The notes below the pieces were generated by a model that made no database searches, was not told where the DNA came from, and saw only the letters and a list, made by a program, of their open reading frames with translations. Both the position numbers and the translations under genes were made by a program. A stretch of DNA of 64,000 bases from an uncultured Pelagibacteraceae bacterium. GTDB lineage: Bacteria; Pseudomonadota; Alphaproteobacteria; Pelagibacterales; Pelagibacteraceae. Positions 1 through 11,205 of this stretch are shown piece by piece (positions within the stretch are counted from its first letter, which is position 1; the number at the start of each line of letters is the position of its first letter). The DNA lies in the NCBI GenBank assembly GCA_902566805.1, contig CACFKJ010000001.1:7325-71324 (forward strand), given 5' to 3'.

Positions 1-1
1 A

Positions 2-1576
2 ATTACAGAAAATTTAAAAACAATTTTAGATATCCCTAGCAAACTTAAAGGGAACAATTTTCCAGAAGATATTGATATAAGAGGAGAAGTTTTTATAGAA
101 AATAAAGATTTTCAAAAAATAAAAGAAAATTTTGCAAACCCTAGAAACGCAGCATCTGGATCTTTAAGACAAAAAAATCCAAGTGAAACAAAAAAAATTC
201 CTCTTAAGTTTATAGCTTATACTTTTGGTTTTATTAAAAATTTTAAAATTATTAAACAGTCTGAATTTCTTGAATTTTTAAAAGAATGGGGTTTTAAAAC
301 AAGTAAATTTAATAAAATTATAGAAGGAACAAATAATTTGCAAAAAAATCATATAGAATTTGAAAAAATAAGATATGATTTAGATTACGATGTGGATGGT
401 TTAGTTTACAAAATAAATGATTTTAAATTGCAAGACAGACTTGGATTTGTTGCAAATGCACCAAGGTGGGCAATTGCACATAAATTTTCGGCAGATAGTT
501 CATTTTCTGAAATTTTAGATATTGATGTACAAGTTGGAAGAACAGGAGCATTAACACCAGTTGCAAAAATCAAACCTGTAAATATTGGAGGCGTTGTAGT
601 TTCTAATGCAACATTACATAATGAGGATGAAATAATCAGAAAAGATATAAGAATAGGTGATGCGGTTAAAGTGGAGAGGGCAGGTGATGTTATACCGCAT
701 GTTTTGTCTGTTGATATTTCTAAAAGAACCAACTACTCAAAAAAATATATTTTTCCAGAAAAATGTCCATCATGTGGTTCAAAAATAGTAAAAGAATTTA
801 ATTTAATCACAAAAAAATATGATGCTGTAAAAAGGTGTCCAAGCGAAGGATTTAAATGCCAGAAAATTGCTATTGAAAAAATTAAACATTTTGTCTCAAA
901 AGATGCTCTAAACATAGAGGGACTAGGTAAAAAAGTAGTTGAAAAATTTTGGGAATTAAAATTGATAAAACTTCCTCAGGATATATTCAGCTTAGATTAT
1001 AAAAAAATAGAATCTTTAGATGGCTGGGGAAAACTTTCAGTTGCTAATCTCAAATTTGCAATTGAGAATGCAAAAAAGATAAGTATGGAAAAATTTATAT
1101 ATTCTTTGGGTATTCGACATATTGGACAAGAAAACTCTAAGTTATTATCTAAATATTTTAAATCAGCAAAAAAATTTGTTGAAATAAATGAGGGATTTAA
1201 TTTTAACAATTTACTTAATATCGATGGAATGGGAGATACCCAGGTTAATTCATTGAAAAGATTTTTTGCTGACAGAACTAATAATTTGGTAGTGAATAAA
1301 TTAAATGAATATTTAGATGTTTCAAATCAACAAAATATTAAAACAGGTAAATTTCAAAATAAGACATTCATGATAACAGGAAAACTTGAAGGTATAAGTC
1401 GAGCAGAAGCAAAATCTTTAATTGAAAAAAATGCTGGTAGATTTGTAAGTAATGTGAGTAAAAAACTAAATTATTTAATTATCGGCCAAAACCCAACATC
1501 AAAAAAAGTAAAAAAAGCAAAGGAATTGAAAATACAAGTTATTGATCAAGATAAATGGCAAAAATTATTAAATTAG
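2..1576 (+). CDS. ligA: NAD-dependent DNA ligase (5'-truncated by window edge)
   Basis: Frame is open from nt 2 (ITENLKTI..IRGEVF..FANPRNAASGSLRQ); DGLVYK, PRWAIAHKF, QVGRTG, Zn finger CPSCG, HhH repeats and C-terminal BRCT. Confidence 0.97.
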   Translation: MTENLKTILDIPSKLKGNNFPEDIDIRGEVFIENKDFQKIKENFANPRNAASGSLRQKNPSETKKIPLKFIAYTFGFIKNFKIIKQSEFLEFLKEWGFKTSKFNKIIEGTNNLQKNHIEFEKIRYDLDYDVDGLVYKINDFKLQDRLGFVANAPRWAIAHKFSADSSFSEILDIDVQVGRTGALTPVAKIKPVNIGGVVVSNATLHNEDEIIRKDIRIGDAVKVERAGDVIPHVLSVDISKRTNYSKKYIFPEKCPSCGSKIVKEFNLITKKYDAVKRCPSEGFKCQKIAIEKIKHFVSKDALNIEGLGKKVVEKFWELKLIKLPQDIFSLDYKKIESLDGWGKLSVANLKFAIENAKKISMEKFIYSLGIRHIGQENSKLLSKYFKSAKKFVEINEGFNFNNLLNIDGMGDTQVNSLKRFFADRTNNLVVNKLNEYLDVSNQQNIKTGKFQNKTFMITGKLEGISRAEAKSLIEKNAGRFVSNVSKKLNYLIIGQNPTSKKVKKAKELKIQVIDQDKWQKLLN

Positions 1577-3280
1577 ATTTAATAACCACTTTCTTTCTTT
1601 ACGGTTAAGATATTTTGCTAATTTATTGTAAGTGTTTAAGTGATAATTGCTCAAATATTTTTTTTCTTTTTTATCTAAAAGTTTAAAATCTATTAAATCA
1701 ATATCAATAGGCGCATATGTTAAATTTTCAAAAAATATATTTTTTTTTTTTTTCTTTACATAAATTAAATTTTCTATCCTAATACCAAATTTATTTTCTT
1801 CATAATATCCTGGTTCGTTACTTAGTATCATTCCAGGTTTGAGTGGTATATTATTAAACTTAGAAATTGATTGAGGACCTTCGTGCACATTTAAATAATA
1901 ACCAACACCATGCCCAGTTCCATGAGAATAATCTAAATTTATTTTTTTCAAATATTTTCTTGCCTTTATATCAATCTTTTTTCCTGTATTAACTTTATTT
2001 AAATTTGTATTGATTACAGCAATATGTCCTTTAAGAACTCTAGTAAATCGATCCTTAATTTTTTTTGATGGTCTATTAAAACATAGTGTTCTAGTAACAT
2101 CCGTTGTTCCATATTTATATTGTCCACCTGAGTCACAAAGAAAAATATCATTTTTGAAAATTTTACGATTTGTTTTTTTATTAGCCTTATAATGAATAAT
2201 TGCACTATTTGGACCTGCGCCTGCAATTGTATTGAAACTTGGTGAAATATAGCTCTTATTTTTTTTTCTAAATTTTTCTAATTTTTTTTCAGCATATAAT
2301 TCAGTTATAACTTTTTTTTTATTATTTTTGATCCAATATAAAAATTTAGTTAAAGCTGCACCATCATATTCGTGAGCTTTGGTCATATTTTTTATTTCTG
2401 TACTATTTTTAATTGATTTCATTGAATAACAAGGGTCCACAAAAGATTTAAAATTAAATTTTGAGTTTATTAAAGACTGATGAAATACTGAACATGTTAA
2501 ATGGTCTATACAAAAGCTTTTACCTGATAAGATTTTAATAATTTTAAAAAAATCTTTAAATTCATAGAATTTTAAATTTTTATAATTTCTTAAGTATTTA
2601 ATTTTATTAACTTTTCTCTTTTCTGAAAATAAAATCAAATCATTATTTTTACTTACTATTAAGTTTGAATTTGGAATTGGACTGTAGGGATTATCGTTCC
2701 CTCTTAAATTTAATAGCCACGCAACATTCTCAGGAGCTGATACGAATATATTATCTATGCTATTTTTTTTTAATTCAGTAATTAGTCTTTTAATTTTAGA
2801 ATTTGTATTTTCACCAACAATTTCATTAGGCAGTGTATAAAAATAATTATCTTTGGTTTTCTTTTTTTTTACAGGATTAATTTGATCTATTAAATTTATA
2901 TGAATTGGTATTAAATTTGACTCGTTTCCAAAATATCTAAGCAAAGAAAGATTTGTGAATAATTTTGGATCAAAACCTAAATTTAGTTTTTTTTTGAATT
3001 TTTTTAATACATCTTTCGGGTTAGAATTAGGTATTTGAACTATTGAGAAATTTTTTCCAGATTGTTTTTTAGCTTGGATTGTATATCTGCCGTCTACAAA
3101 AAGTAAATTTTTATTAATCAAAATTATTGCCAATCCTGCAGATCCACTAAAATTTGTAATTTTTTTTAATCTATCTGGATTAGCGTATTCTGAGAAAAAT
3201 TCATCATTTTTAGGAATAATATAGCCATCCAAACTATTAGTTAAAATTAAATCTTTTAATTTTTTTAAAGTATGATTCAT
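1568..3280 (-). CDS. Xaa-Pro aminopeptidase (aminopeptidase P, M24B)
   Basis: DSGGQY, GTTDVTRT, HGTGHGVG..VHEGP, SNEPGYY, GIRIENL; start placed at ATG 3280, which overlaps the uvrD stop (ATGA). Confidence 0.92.
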   Translation of the reverse strand: MNHTLKKLKDLILTNSLDGYIIPKNDEFFSEYANPDRLKKITNFSGSAGLAIILINKNLLFVDGRYTIQAKKQSGKNFSIVQIPNSNPKDVLKKFKKKLNLGFDPKLFTNLSLLRYFGNESNLIPIHINLIDQINPVKKKKTKDNYFYTLPNEIVGENTNSKIKRLITELKKNSIDNIFVSAPENVAWLLNLRGNDNPYSPIPNSNLIVSKNNDLILFSEKRKVNKIKYLRNYKNLKFYEFKDFFKIIKILSGKSFCIDHLTCSVFHQSLINSKFNFKSFVDPCYSMKSIKNSTEIKNMTKAHEYDGAALTKFLYWIKNNKKKVITELYAEKKLEKFRKKNKSYISPSFNTIAGAGPNSAIIHYKANKKTNRKIFKNDIFLCDSGGQYKYGTTDVTRTLCFNRPSKKIKDRFTRVLKGHIAVINTNLNKVNTGKKIDIKARKYLKKINLDYSHGTGHGVGYYLNVHEGPQSISKFNNIPLKPGMILSNEPGYYEENKFGIRIENLIYVKKKKKNIFFENLTYAPIDIDLIDFKLLDKKEKKYLSNYHLNTYNKLAKYLNRKERKWLLNLI

Positions 3281-5313
3281 CGATTTGATTTTAATTTTTT
3301 TTGGTATCTTTTCCAACCAGGACTTTGTATTTCACCATCAAATTCAACATCTTGATTAAATTCAAAATCTTCTATTTGATCATGATTTATATGATTATTT
3401 TTTTTAAGGTTTTCTTCAGGTAATTCATCAATAAATCTTGAAGCTAAACAGTCAATCCAATCACCTTGATAAAATCTATTCATGGAAAATGATATATTTG
3501 CGATTTTCTTAGCTCTTGTAATTCCAACATAAGCTAATCTTCTTTCCTCTTCTAATCCTTTTTCACCTTTTTCTTCTATGGATTTTTGATGAGGAAAAAG
3601 TCCTTCTTCCCATCCTGGAAGAAAAACCACATCAAATTCCAAACCTTTAGAAGCATGCATACTCATTAAATTAATTTTGTCTCCTTCCCAATTTTTATCA
3701 ATTGAGGTTGCCAGAGAAACATGTTCTAAAAAACTTTCCAAATTATCAAAATCTTTCATTGCACTTAATAATTCTTTTATATTTTCTATTCTGTTTTCAT
3801 TTTCTAAATCTTTTTTATTTTTTAACATTTGACTATAGCCTGATTCGTCTAATATTATTTGAAGTAATTTTATATGACCTATTTTTTTATTTACAAAATC
3901 ATTTCTCCATTTTTCAATTTGATTTAACAATGTTATTAATCCTAATTTAGTTTTAGGTTTAATTTCATTTTTTTCTATTAATTTTTTAGCTGCAGCTTCT
4001 AAAGTTATTTTATTATTTTTTGCAAATTCATTAATTTGTTTTAAAGATGTTTCCCCAATAGATCTTTTAGGTACATTAATAATTCTCTCAAAAGAAAGAT
4101 CATCCTGATCTTGATGGACTATTTTTAAATAAGCAATACAATCTTTTATTTCAGCTCTTTCATAAAATTTAATTCCACCAATTATTCTATAAGGAAGGCC
4201 AATTTTTAAAAAACGTTCCTCAAATTCTCTTGTTTGAAAAATAGCTCTTACTAAGATTGCCATATTATTTAAAGAAAAGTCTTTTTTATATTTTTCAATC
4301 TTATCAGAGATATCTGTAGCTTCATCTTTAACACTTCTGTAGCAATTTAAAGATACTAGATCTCCATTCTCGCCATTAGTAAATAAATTTTTTCCTACTC
4401 TACTTTGGTTATTCTCAATTAATTTCGAAGCAACAGACAATATATTTTGTGTAGATCTATAATTTTTTTCTAACCTAATAATTTTAGTATTTTCATATAT
4501 CTTATCAAATTCTAAAAAATTTTTTATTTCAGCGCCTCTCCAACTGTAAATTGATTGATCATCATCGCCGACACAACTAATATTATTATGATACTTTGCA
4601 AGACTAAGAAGCCATTTACTTTGGATATGATTAGTATCTTGATATTCATCAACAAGAATATATTTAAAATTTTTTGAATATATTTCTTCAATATCTTTAT
4701 TTCTCTCAAATATTTTAACACAGTGTAATATTAAATCCCCAAAATCAGTTGAATTTAAATCAATCAACTTATTTTGGTAAATTTTATAAATCTCTAAAAA
4801 ATTTTTTTCTAAATGATCTCTTTTATTAAGAATAACATCATCAGGATACCATCCTTTATTTTTCCACCTATCTATTGTTGATAAAATTACATTCGGGGAA
4901 ATTTTTTTTATGTCTATATTTTCAGCTTTAGATATATTTTTTATTAATCTCAACTGATCATCTTGATCAATGATTGAAAAGTTTGATTTTAAACCAACTG
5001 CCTGAGCGTGTTTGCGTAAAATTTTAGCACTTATTGAATGAAAAGTTCCAAGCCACGATAGTCCAGTAGCTTCTTTGCCCAGTATTTTGCTAACTCTATT
5101 TTGCATTTCCTTTGCGGCTTTATTTGTAAATGTCACTGCCAAAATTTGATTTGGGAAAGCCCTTTTTTGCTTTATCATATATGCAATTCTTGAAGTTAAA
5201 ACCTTTGTTTTTCCAGAACCAGCACCAGCTACTATTAGAAGAGGCCCATCTATATATGAAACTGCTTCATTTTGTGCCTCATTAAGATCATTTAAATATT
5301 CCAAATTCAACAT
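3277..5313 (-). CDS. uvrD: UvrD/Rep/PcrA SF1 DNA helicase
   Basis: AGAGSGKT, VDEYQDTN, VGDDDQSIYSWRG, NYRS, HASKGLEF, EEERRLAYVGITRA. Confidence 0.95.
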   Translation of the reverse strand: MLNLEYLNDLNEAQNEAVSYIDGPLLIVAGAGSGKTKVLTSRIAYMIKQKRAFPNQILAVTFTNKAAKEMQNRVSKILGKEATGLSWLGTFHSISAKILRKHAQAVGLKSNFSIIDQDDQLRLIKNISKAENIDIKKISPNVILSTIDRWKNKGWYPDDVILNKRDHLEKNFLEIYKIYQNKLIDLNSTDFGDLILHCVKIFERNKDIEEIYSKNFKYILVDEYQDTNHIQSKWLLSLAKYHNNISCVGDDDQSIYSWRGAEIKNFLEFDKIYENTKIIRLEKNYRSTQNILSVASKLIENNQSRVGKNLFTNGENGDLVSLNCYRSVKDEATDISDKIEKYKKDFSLNNMAILVRAIFQTREFEERFLKIGLPYRIIGGIKFYERAEIKDCIAYLKIVHQDQDDLSFERIINVPKRSIGETSLKQINEFAKNNKITLEAAAKKLIEKNEIKPKTKLGLITLLNQIEKWRNDFVNKKIGHIKLLQIILDESGYSQMLKNKKDLENENRIENIKELLSAMKDFDNLESFLEHVSLATSIDKNWEGDKINLMSMHASKGLEFDVVFLPGWEEGLFPHQKSIEEKGEKGLEEERRLAYVGITRAKKIANISFSMNRFYQGDWIDCLASRFIDELPEENLKKNNHINHDQIEDFEFNQDVEFDGEIQSPGWKRYQKKLKSNR

Positions 5314-5348
5314 TTATAATTTTATAGTATAAGTCTTTATTAAATTTC

Positions 5349-6806
5349 ATGAAAAAATATATTAAAAATCTAAAAAAACTTTTTGTATATCAAAGGCTTA
5401 TTTTACTTTTTAATACGATAAAAGAAATAAAATTAACTAATTTTCAAATAATTTTTGCCGCATATGCAATAATTTTTTCAGCTTTTTTATTACTTTCAAT
5501 TCCAGGATTATTTAATTATGAAAAAAAAATAACTGAAATAGAAAATAAAATATCTCAAGAGTTTAAGTTATATATAAATAATATATCAGATGTTAAATAT
5601 CGTTTTATACCAGCCCCACATATAATCATTAAAACTAGTGAATTAAGATTATCAAAAGATCAAAATTTAAAAATAGCAGATCTTAATGATATTAAATTAT
5701 TTCTATCTTTATTTGAACTTTATAATAATCAAAATATTATGATAAAAAAAATATTAGTAAATAAAGCAAATTTTTATTTTAAGGATAATGATTTTTTTGT
5801 ATTTAATAATCATCTCCATAAGAATATAAATAAAGCAATAGAAATAAAAAACAGTAATTTCTTTTATGTAAATAAAAAAAATGAAGTTTCTACTATCTCG
5901 CCTATAAAAAATTTAAAATATTTTATTGACTTTCAAAACAAAGAAAAAAAATTTAAAATAAAAGGAAAATTATTCGACATTAATTATAATTTTAATTGGA
6001 ATAAAAATTACCAAAAACCAAATATTTCTGAAAGTTCAATTAAATTTAAAAATCCAAATATTAATATTTTAAACCAATTTGAAAAAAAAGAAGAAAATAA
6101 AACTAATGGAAAATCTAAGATAAATTTCTTAGATAATAAATTAAATATAATTTTTTCTAAAGAGAATAACTCATTAAGGTTTAAAACTGAAAAATTTAAT
6201 ACAATGATAAAAACTGATCTATATGGTGAAATAGAGCTTAATCCTTTTTACTTCAATATAAATTTAGTTTTAAAAAGGTATGATGCAATATCATTAATTC
6301 AAAATATTTTCTCTTACCTATATTCAATAAAAAGTTCTGTGCACGAAAATTTAAACGGAAAATTTAATTTAAAAATTAACAATAAAAATAATAAATTAAT
6401 AGAAAAAATAATTTTTGAATTTTTAACTGAAGAAGGAAAGATAAATATATTTGGTTCATCAGTAAATTTAAAAAAAATAGGTAAAATTAAATTTTCAAAC
6501 TTTGAATATATAGAAAGAATAGATAAGATTTATATTAAATCTAGAGCCGAACTAATAGTTTCCGATCAAAAACAATTTTATAGACGATTTCAGATACCAA
6601 AAGAAAATAGAAGAAATATTAATAAAATTTATTTCGAAATTGAGACAAATATTGATGATGGAACTTTCTATTTATTTAATTTAAATATTAATACAAAAAA
6701 GGATGCTGTTGATGAAAATTTTGTTTTAGAAAATCTATCAAATTATGAAGTAAACAATATACAACAACTAACAAAAATAATTAGAAATACATTTAACAAT
6801 GATTAA
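5349..6806 (+). CDS. Membrane-anchored hypothetical protein, AsmA-like
   Basis: N-terminal TM helix, then FIPAPHIII-type AsmA-like N-terminus and a beta-rich body; very K/N/I/F-rich. Confidence 0.55.
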   Translation: MKKYIKNLKKLFVYQRLILLFNTIKEIKLTNFQIIFAAYAIIFSAFLLLSIPGLFNYEKKITEIENKISQEFKLYINNISDVKYRFIPAPHIIIKTSELRLSKDQNLKIADLNDIKLFLSLFELYNNQNIMIKKILVNKANFYFKDNDFFVFNNHLHKNINKAIEIKNSNFFYVNKKNEVSTISPIKNLKYFIDFQNKEKKFKIKGKLFDINYNFNWNKNYQKPNISESSIKFKNPNINILNQFEKKEENKTNGKSKINFLDNKLNIIFSKENNSLRFKTEKFNTMIKTDLYGEIELNPFYFNINLVLKRYDAISLIQNIFSYLYSIKSSVHENLNGKFNLKINNKNNKLIEKIIFEFLTEEGKINIFGSSVNLKKIGKIKFSNFEYIERIDKIYIKSRAELIVSDQKQFYRRFQIPKENRRNINKIYFEIETNIDDGTFYLFNLNINTKKDAVDENFVLENLSNYEVNNIQQLTKIIRNTFNND

Positions 6807-8191
6807 CCCGGATTAATCATTTTTTTTGGATTAACAATTTTATTATAATTTTTTTCATCTATTAATCCAGACTTTAAAGCCTCGTGTTTTAATGTTGTTT
6901 TATTTTTTAATGCTTTTTTTGCAATCTTAGCAGCATTATCATATCCAATTTTAGGAGATAAAGCAGTTACAAGCATTAAAGAATTATCCAAATGTTCTTT
7001 AATTTTGTTTTTGTCTGCTTTTAATCCTTTTATACAAAATTTAGCAAAACTACTTGTGCTGTCTGACAAAATATGAATTGATTGAAGTATGTTATGTATT
7101 ATTAAAGGTTTAAATACATTTAATTCAAAATGTCCATGAGATCCGGCCATGGTAATTCCATTATGGTTTCCTATTACTTTGACACATACCATAGTAACCG
7201 CTTCACATTGTGTAGGGTTAACTTTCCCAGGCATTATTGAAGAACCAGGTTCATTTTCTGGTAAAATTAATTCCCCGTAACCAGCTCTAGGTCCAGATCC
7301 CAAGAACCTAATATCATTTGCTATTTTCATTAAGCAAACTGCTGTAGTATTAAGAGTTCCTGAAAAATTTACTATTGAATCATGAGCAGCAAGAGCGGCA
7401 AATTTATTTTTTGCAGGCTTAAATGGTAATTTTGAAATTTTTCTAATTTCATTTACAATTTTTTTATCAAAGTTTTTTTTAGTATTTATTCCTGTTCCTA
7501 CAGCTGTTCCACCTTGTGCAAGAAAATATATTTCATTTAATGCATTATTAATTCTTTCAATGCATTTTTCTAATTGAGATTGATATCCTGAAAATTCCTG
7601 TCCTAATGATAGTGGAGTAGCATCTTGTAAGTGTGTTCTACCTATTTTTACTATACTTTTAAATTTTTGTACCTTTTTTTTTAATTCGTTATTTAGCAGA
7701 GTTAACGAAGGAACTAGTGTTTCTTTTGTTTTTAAAGCAATAGCTATATGCATTGCAGTTGGAAAAACATCATTGGTAGACTGACTTTTATTTACATGAT
7801 CATTAGGATGAACTGGTTTCTTAGTTCCTTTTTTTCCACCCAATATTTCAATAGCTCTATTTGAAATTACTTCATTAACATTCATGTTTGTCTGAGTTCC
7901 AGAACCAGTCTGCCATACTTTTAAAGGAAAATTATCTTTAAGCTTTCCAATAATAACTTCATTTGATGCTTTAATAATTGCATTAGATATTTTTTTATCT
8001 AAGTCTCTATTTTTATAGTTCGTAATTGCTGCTGCTTTTTTAATTATTGCGATTGATTTAATTAATACTGGCCTTACCAAAAAATCTCCAATGTCAAAAT
8101 ATTTTTTTGATCTTTGGGTAGATGCTCCCCAATATTTATCAGCAGGGACATTAATAGAACCAATGCTATCAAATTCTTTTCTAAATTTCAT
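6803..8191 (-). CDS. fumC: Class II fumarate hydratase
   Basis: [33 protein letters not shown] signature. Confidence 0.98.
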   Translation of the reverse strand: MKFRKEFDSIGSINVPADKYWGASTQRSKKYFDIGDFLVRPVLIKSIAIIKKAAAITNYKNRDLDKKISNAIIKASNEVIIGKLKDNFPLKVWQTGSGTQTNMNVNEVISNRAIEILGGKKGTKKPVHPNDHVNKSQSTNDVFPTAMHIAIALKTKETLVPSLTLLNNELKKKVQKFKSIVKIGRTHLQDATPLSLGQEFSGYQSQLEKCIERINNALNEIYFLAQGGTAVGTGINTKKNFDKKIVNEIRKISKLPFKPAKNKFAALAAHDSIVNFSGTLNTTAVCLMKIANDIRFLGSGPRAGYGELILPENEPGSSIMPGKVNPTQCEAVTMVCVKVIGNHNGITMAGSHGHFELNVFKPLIIHNILQSIHILSDSTSSFAKFCIKGLKADKNKIKEHLDNSLMLVTALSPKIGYDNAAKIAKKALKNKTTLKHEALKSGLIDEKNYNKIVNPKKMINPG

Positions 8192-8259
8192 AATTTTAAT
8201 TTGGATACAATCTAATAAATCTTATACAATACTTTGATTAAGAATCATATAGGAGCATT

Positions 8260-8631
8260 ATGACAAATTTTCAAAAAGTTGGATTATTCATGAAAACTTT
8301 TGGGCAAGAAGTAAAAACAAAGCCAAGTTTAAGTTCTGAAAAAATAAATAGCTTAAGAATTAATTTAATAAGTGAAGAATTGGAGGAGTTAAAGGAGGCA
8401 ATTAAAAATAACGATCTTAAAGAAACCATAGATGCGTTAACCGACATTTTATATGTAACTTATGGTGCAGGACATGCTTTTGGAGTTGATTTAGATAAAT
8501 GTTTTAATGAGGTTCAAAATTCAAATATGAGCAAGTTAGGAGAAGATGGAAAACCTATATATAATGATGCAGGAAAAGTAATGAAAGGCCCAAACTATTT
8601 TAAACCCAATTTATCAAAATTTATTAAATAA
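8260..8631 (+). CDS. MazG-like / PRA-PH nucleoside triphosphate pyrophosphohydrolase
   Basis: EELEELKEA..DALTDILYV..SNMSK..GKVMKGPNY; AGGAG RBS upstream. Confidence 0.85.
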   Translation: MTNFQKVGLFMKTFGQEVKTKPSLSSEKINSLRINLISEELEELKEAIKNNDLKETIDALTDILYVTYGAGHAFGVDLDKCFNEVQNSNMSKLGEDGKPIYNDAGKVMKGPNYFKPNLSKFIK

Positions 8632-8633
8632 TA

Positions 8634-9518
8634 TTAAAGCCAAATTGGTTTTATTATTTTAATTTTTGCATTACCGCAAACAAATTCAGAGTCATAATTA
8701 AAAATTTTTTCTTTAAATTTTAAAATAGCATAAGAGAATTTATTATTAATAACAATTTTTCCAATTTCTTTTTTTTCAAATGTTATAGTGTCTCCATCGT
8801 TAAAAGTTCCTTCAACTACATTTATAGCAAATAATCTTTTATTTAATTTGTCTTTTAAATTTATTCGAGCAGTATTTTCTTGGCCTACGTAACAACCTTT
8901 TTTAAAGTCTATTCCATTCAATTTATCAAAATTACATTCAATTCCAAAAATCTTATTTTGAAGTTGTTGAGTTTCTTTTGGGGGTATTCCTAAATTATGA
9001 CTATGTTGATAATATTCATCTATGTTTGATGATTTCAGTTTTAATTTTTTAAGTGATAAATATAACTTTTCAAGATTAATTATTAATCTAGCTCCCAATT
9101 CTGAAGTCCTAGGATCTAAAAAGATTGGATCATGATAGAAATTAACCGTATGACCTGCTTTATCCTTAGATCCACTTAATTCTAAAAACTTTTCTTTTGA
9201 AATAGACGCTACAACAAATTCATTGCTTAAATTTAAAATTTCAACTTTAGATCTAAGTTTATAAAGATTTAATTGCTTAAGCAATCCCTCAATATTTTTT
9301 TTTTCACAATCTAAAAAATATCCATTTTTATGTTTTATAATTATAAAATCATATAAGTACTTTCCTTGAGGTGTTAATAGTGAAGCAAAACAACTATTTG
9401 TTTCAGTAACTTTAAATATGTCATTAGAAATAAGATTTTGTAAAAACTCTGAAACATTTTCTCCATTAACATAAAGAATGCTCCTATCTTCTAAAATATA
9501 AACATTATTTTTATTCAT
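8634..9518 (-). CDS. ygfZ: Folate-binding Fe-S maturation protein YgfZ/GcvT-like
   Basis: KGCYVGQE signature, LTPQGK. Confidence 0.93.
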   Translation of the reverse strand: MNKNNVYILEDRSILYVNGENVSEFLQNLISNDIFKVTETNSCFASLLTPQGKYLYDFIIIKHKNGYFLDCEKKNIEGLLKQLNLYKLRSKVEILNLSNEFVVASISKEKFLELSGSKDKAGHTVNFYHDPIFLDPRTSELGARLIINLEKLYLSLKKLKLKSSNIDEYYQHSHNLGIPPKETQQLQNKIFGIECNFDKLNGIDFKKGCYVGQENTARINLKDKLNKRLFAINVVEGTFNDGDTITFEKKEIGKIVINNKFSYAILKFKEKIFNYDSEFVCGNAKIKIIKPIWL

Positions 9519-9561
9519 AATTGAATTCCGATTAATTATAATATAATAACTTTTCTACTAA

Positions 9562-10869
9562 ATGTTAGACCTAATAATCAAAAATGGACAATGTTATATT
9601 AACGGAAAGTTAGAAGATAAAGATATTGCTGTTAAAGAGGGTAAAATATTAAAAATTGGTAAAGTTTCAGAAGAAGCAAAAGAAGTTTATAATGCAAAAG
9701 GTCAAATAGTTTTACCTGGTTGCATAGATACACAAACTCATTTTCGAGAACCCGGCTCAACAGATACAGAAGATCTTCATTCAGGCAGCAGAGCTGCAGT
9801 GGCTGGAGGGATCACCGCAGTATTTGAAATGCCAAATACAAATCCACCAACTTCAAATATAAAAGAATTTCAGAGAAAATTAGATCTTGCAAAAAATAGA
9901 ATGTACTGCAATTACGCTTTCTATTTTGGCGCAACAGCAGATAACGTAGGCCAATTGGCAGAACTAAAAGATTTAAAAGGATGTTGTGGTATTAAATTGT
10001 TTGCTGGTTCTTCAACTGGTAATTTGTTAGTAGCAGACGAAAAAGATATAGATAAAGTATTTCAAAATAGTTCTAAGGTTGTAGCCGTTCACTCAGAGGA
10101 TGAAGAAATCTTAAATAAAAATAAAAAATTAATTAAAATTGGAAACGTACACTCCCATCCTGTTTGGAGAAGCGAAGAGTGCGCAATGTCTTCGACAAGA
10201 AGAATTGTTAGAATTGCTGAAAGACATAATAAGAAAGCCCATGTTCTTCATATTACTACAAAACAGGAGATAGATTTTTTATCACAACATAAAGAAAATA
10301 TTACTTTTGAAATTACTCCCCAACATTTAACAATCTATGCACCTGATTGTTACGATAAACTTGGAACATACTCTCAAATGAATCCTCCCATAAGGGATAA
10401 ATCTCATTACGATAGATTATGGTATGCAGTAAAGAATAATTTAAATGATACTATTGGATCAGACCATGCTCCACATTTAAAAGTTAATAAAGAAAAAGAA
10501 TATCCTAATTCACCATCAGGTATGCCAGGTGTTCAAACACTTATGCCAGTGATGTTAAACCATGTTAACAATGGGAAGTTATCTCTTGCTCAATTGATAA
10601 ATTTTGTATGTGAAAATCCTATTAAAATTTTTGGAATAAAGAATAAAGGATTTATTAAAGAAGATTATGATGCTGATTTTACAATTGTGGATATGAATAA
10701 AAAAATTGTTATAAAAAATGAAAATATTGAAAGTAAATGTGGATGGTCACCTTTCAATGGAGATGAGTTTAAAGGAACACCGGTAGCGACTATAATTGAC
10801 GGAAAAATAAAAATGAAAGATGGGGAAATTTTAGGTAACGCTGAAGGAAAACCTCTTTTATTTAATTAA
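9562..10869 (+). CDS. pyrC: Dihydroorotase
   Basis: THFREPG, EMPNTNP, HSEDE, HITT, MNPPIR, GSDHAPH. Confidence 0.9.
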   Translation: MLDLIIKNGQCYINGKLEDKDIAVKEGKILKIGKVSEEAKEVYNAKGQIVLPGCIDTQTHFREPGSTDTEDLHSGSRAAVAGGITAVFEMPNTNPPTSNIKEFQRKLDLAKNRMYCNYAFYFGATADNVGQLAELKDLKGCCGIKLFAGSSTGNLLVADEKDIDKVFQNSSKVVAVHSEDEEILNKNKKLIKIGNVHSHPVWRSEECAMSSTRRIVRIAERHNKKAHVLHITTKQEIDFLSQHKENITFEITPQHLTIYAPDCYDKLGTYSQMNPPIRDKSHYDRLWYAVKNNLNDTIGSDHAPHLKVNKEKEYPNSPSGMPGVQTLMPVMLNHVNNGKLSLAQLINFVCENPIKIFGIKNKGFIKEDYDADFTIVDMNKKIVIKNENIESKCGWSPFNGDEFKGTPVATIIDGKIKMKDGEILGNAEGKPLLFN

Positions 10870-10872
10870 TCT

Positions 10873-11205
10873 TTATATACTTTTGCCCGAATATGTATTT
10901 ACAAGAATAATTCCTATTATAATTATAAAAAGACCTAAAATTGTTTGCCAATTTAAAGTTTGTTTATAAAAAATATAACCCAAGATTGCTATTGAAAAAA
11001 TTCCTAATCCACTCCAGGTAGCATAAACAATTGCAATAGGAATTTTGTTAACAACAAATGTAAGTAAATAGAATGCAGACATATAGCAAATTGCAAGAAT
11101 TGAAGATGGAAGTAATTTACTAAAATTTTGAGTTACAGGTAATAGCATAGTTCCGGCTACTTCACATATAACTGCGCCAAATAAAAATAAATAAGTTTTG
11201 GTCAT
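10873..11205 (-). CDS. SMR family small multidrug transporter
   Basis: 4 TM, TM1 Glu (ICEVAGT), YATWSGLG. Confidence 0.88.
   Translation of the reverse strand: MTKTYLFLFGAVICEVAGTMLLPVTQNFSKLLPSSILAICYMSAFYLLTFVVNKIPIAIVYATWSGLGIFSIAILGYIFYKQTLNWQTILGLFIIIIGIILVNTYSGKSI

Noticed and set aside
1740-1753. 14-nt T homopolymer in the aminopeptidase gene as a phase-variation tract
   Set aside because: It encodes a Lys run in frame; long A/T runs are ubiquitous in this AT-rich genome and the gene is housekeeping
8260-8631. MazG-like gene as an anti-phage defence or phage auxiliary gene
   Set aside because: Single gene among housekeeping genes with no defence partner; a housecleaning pyrophosphatase is the simpler reading
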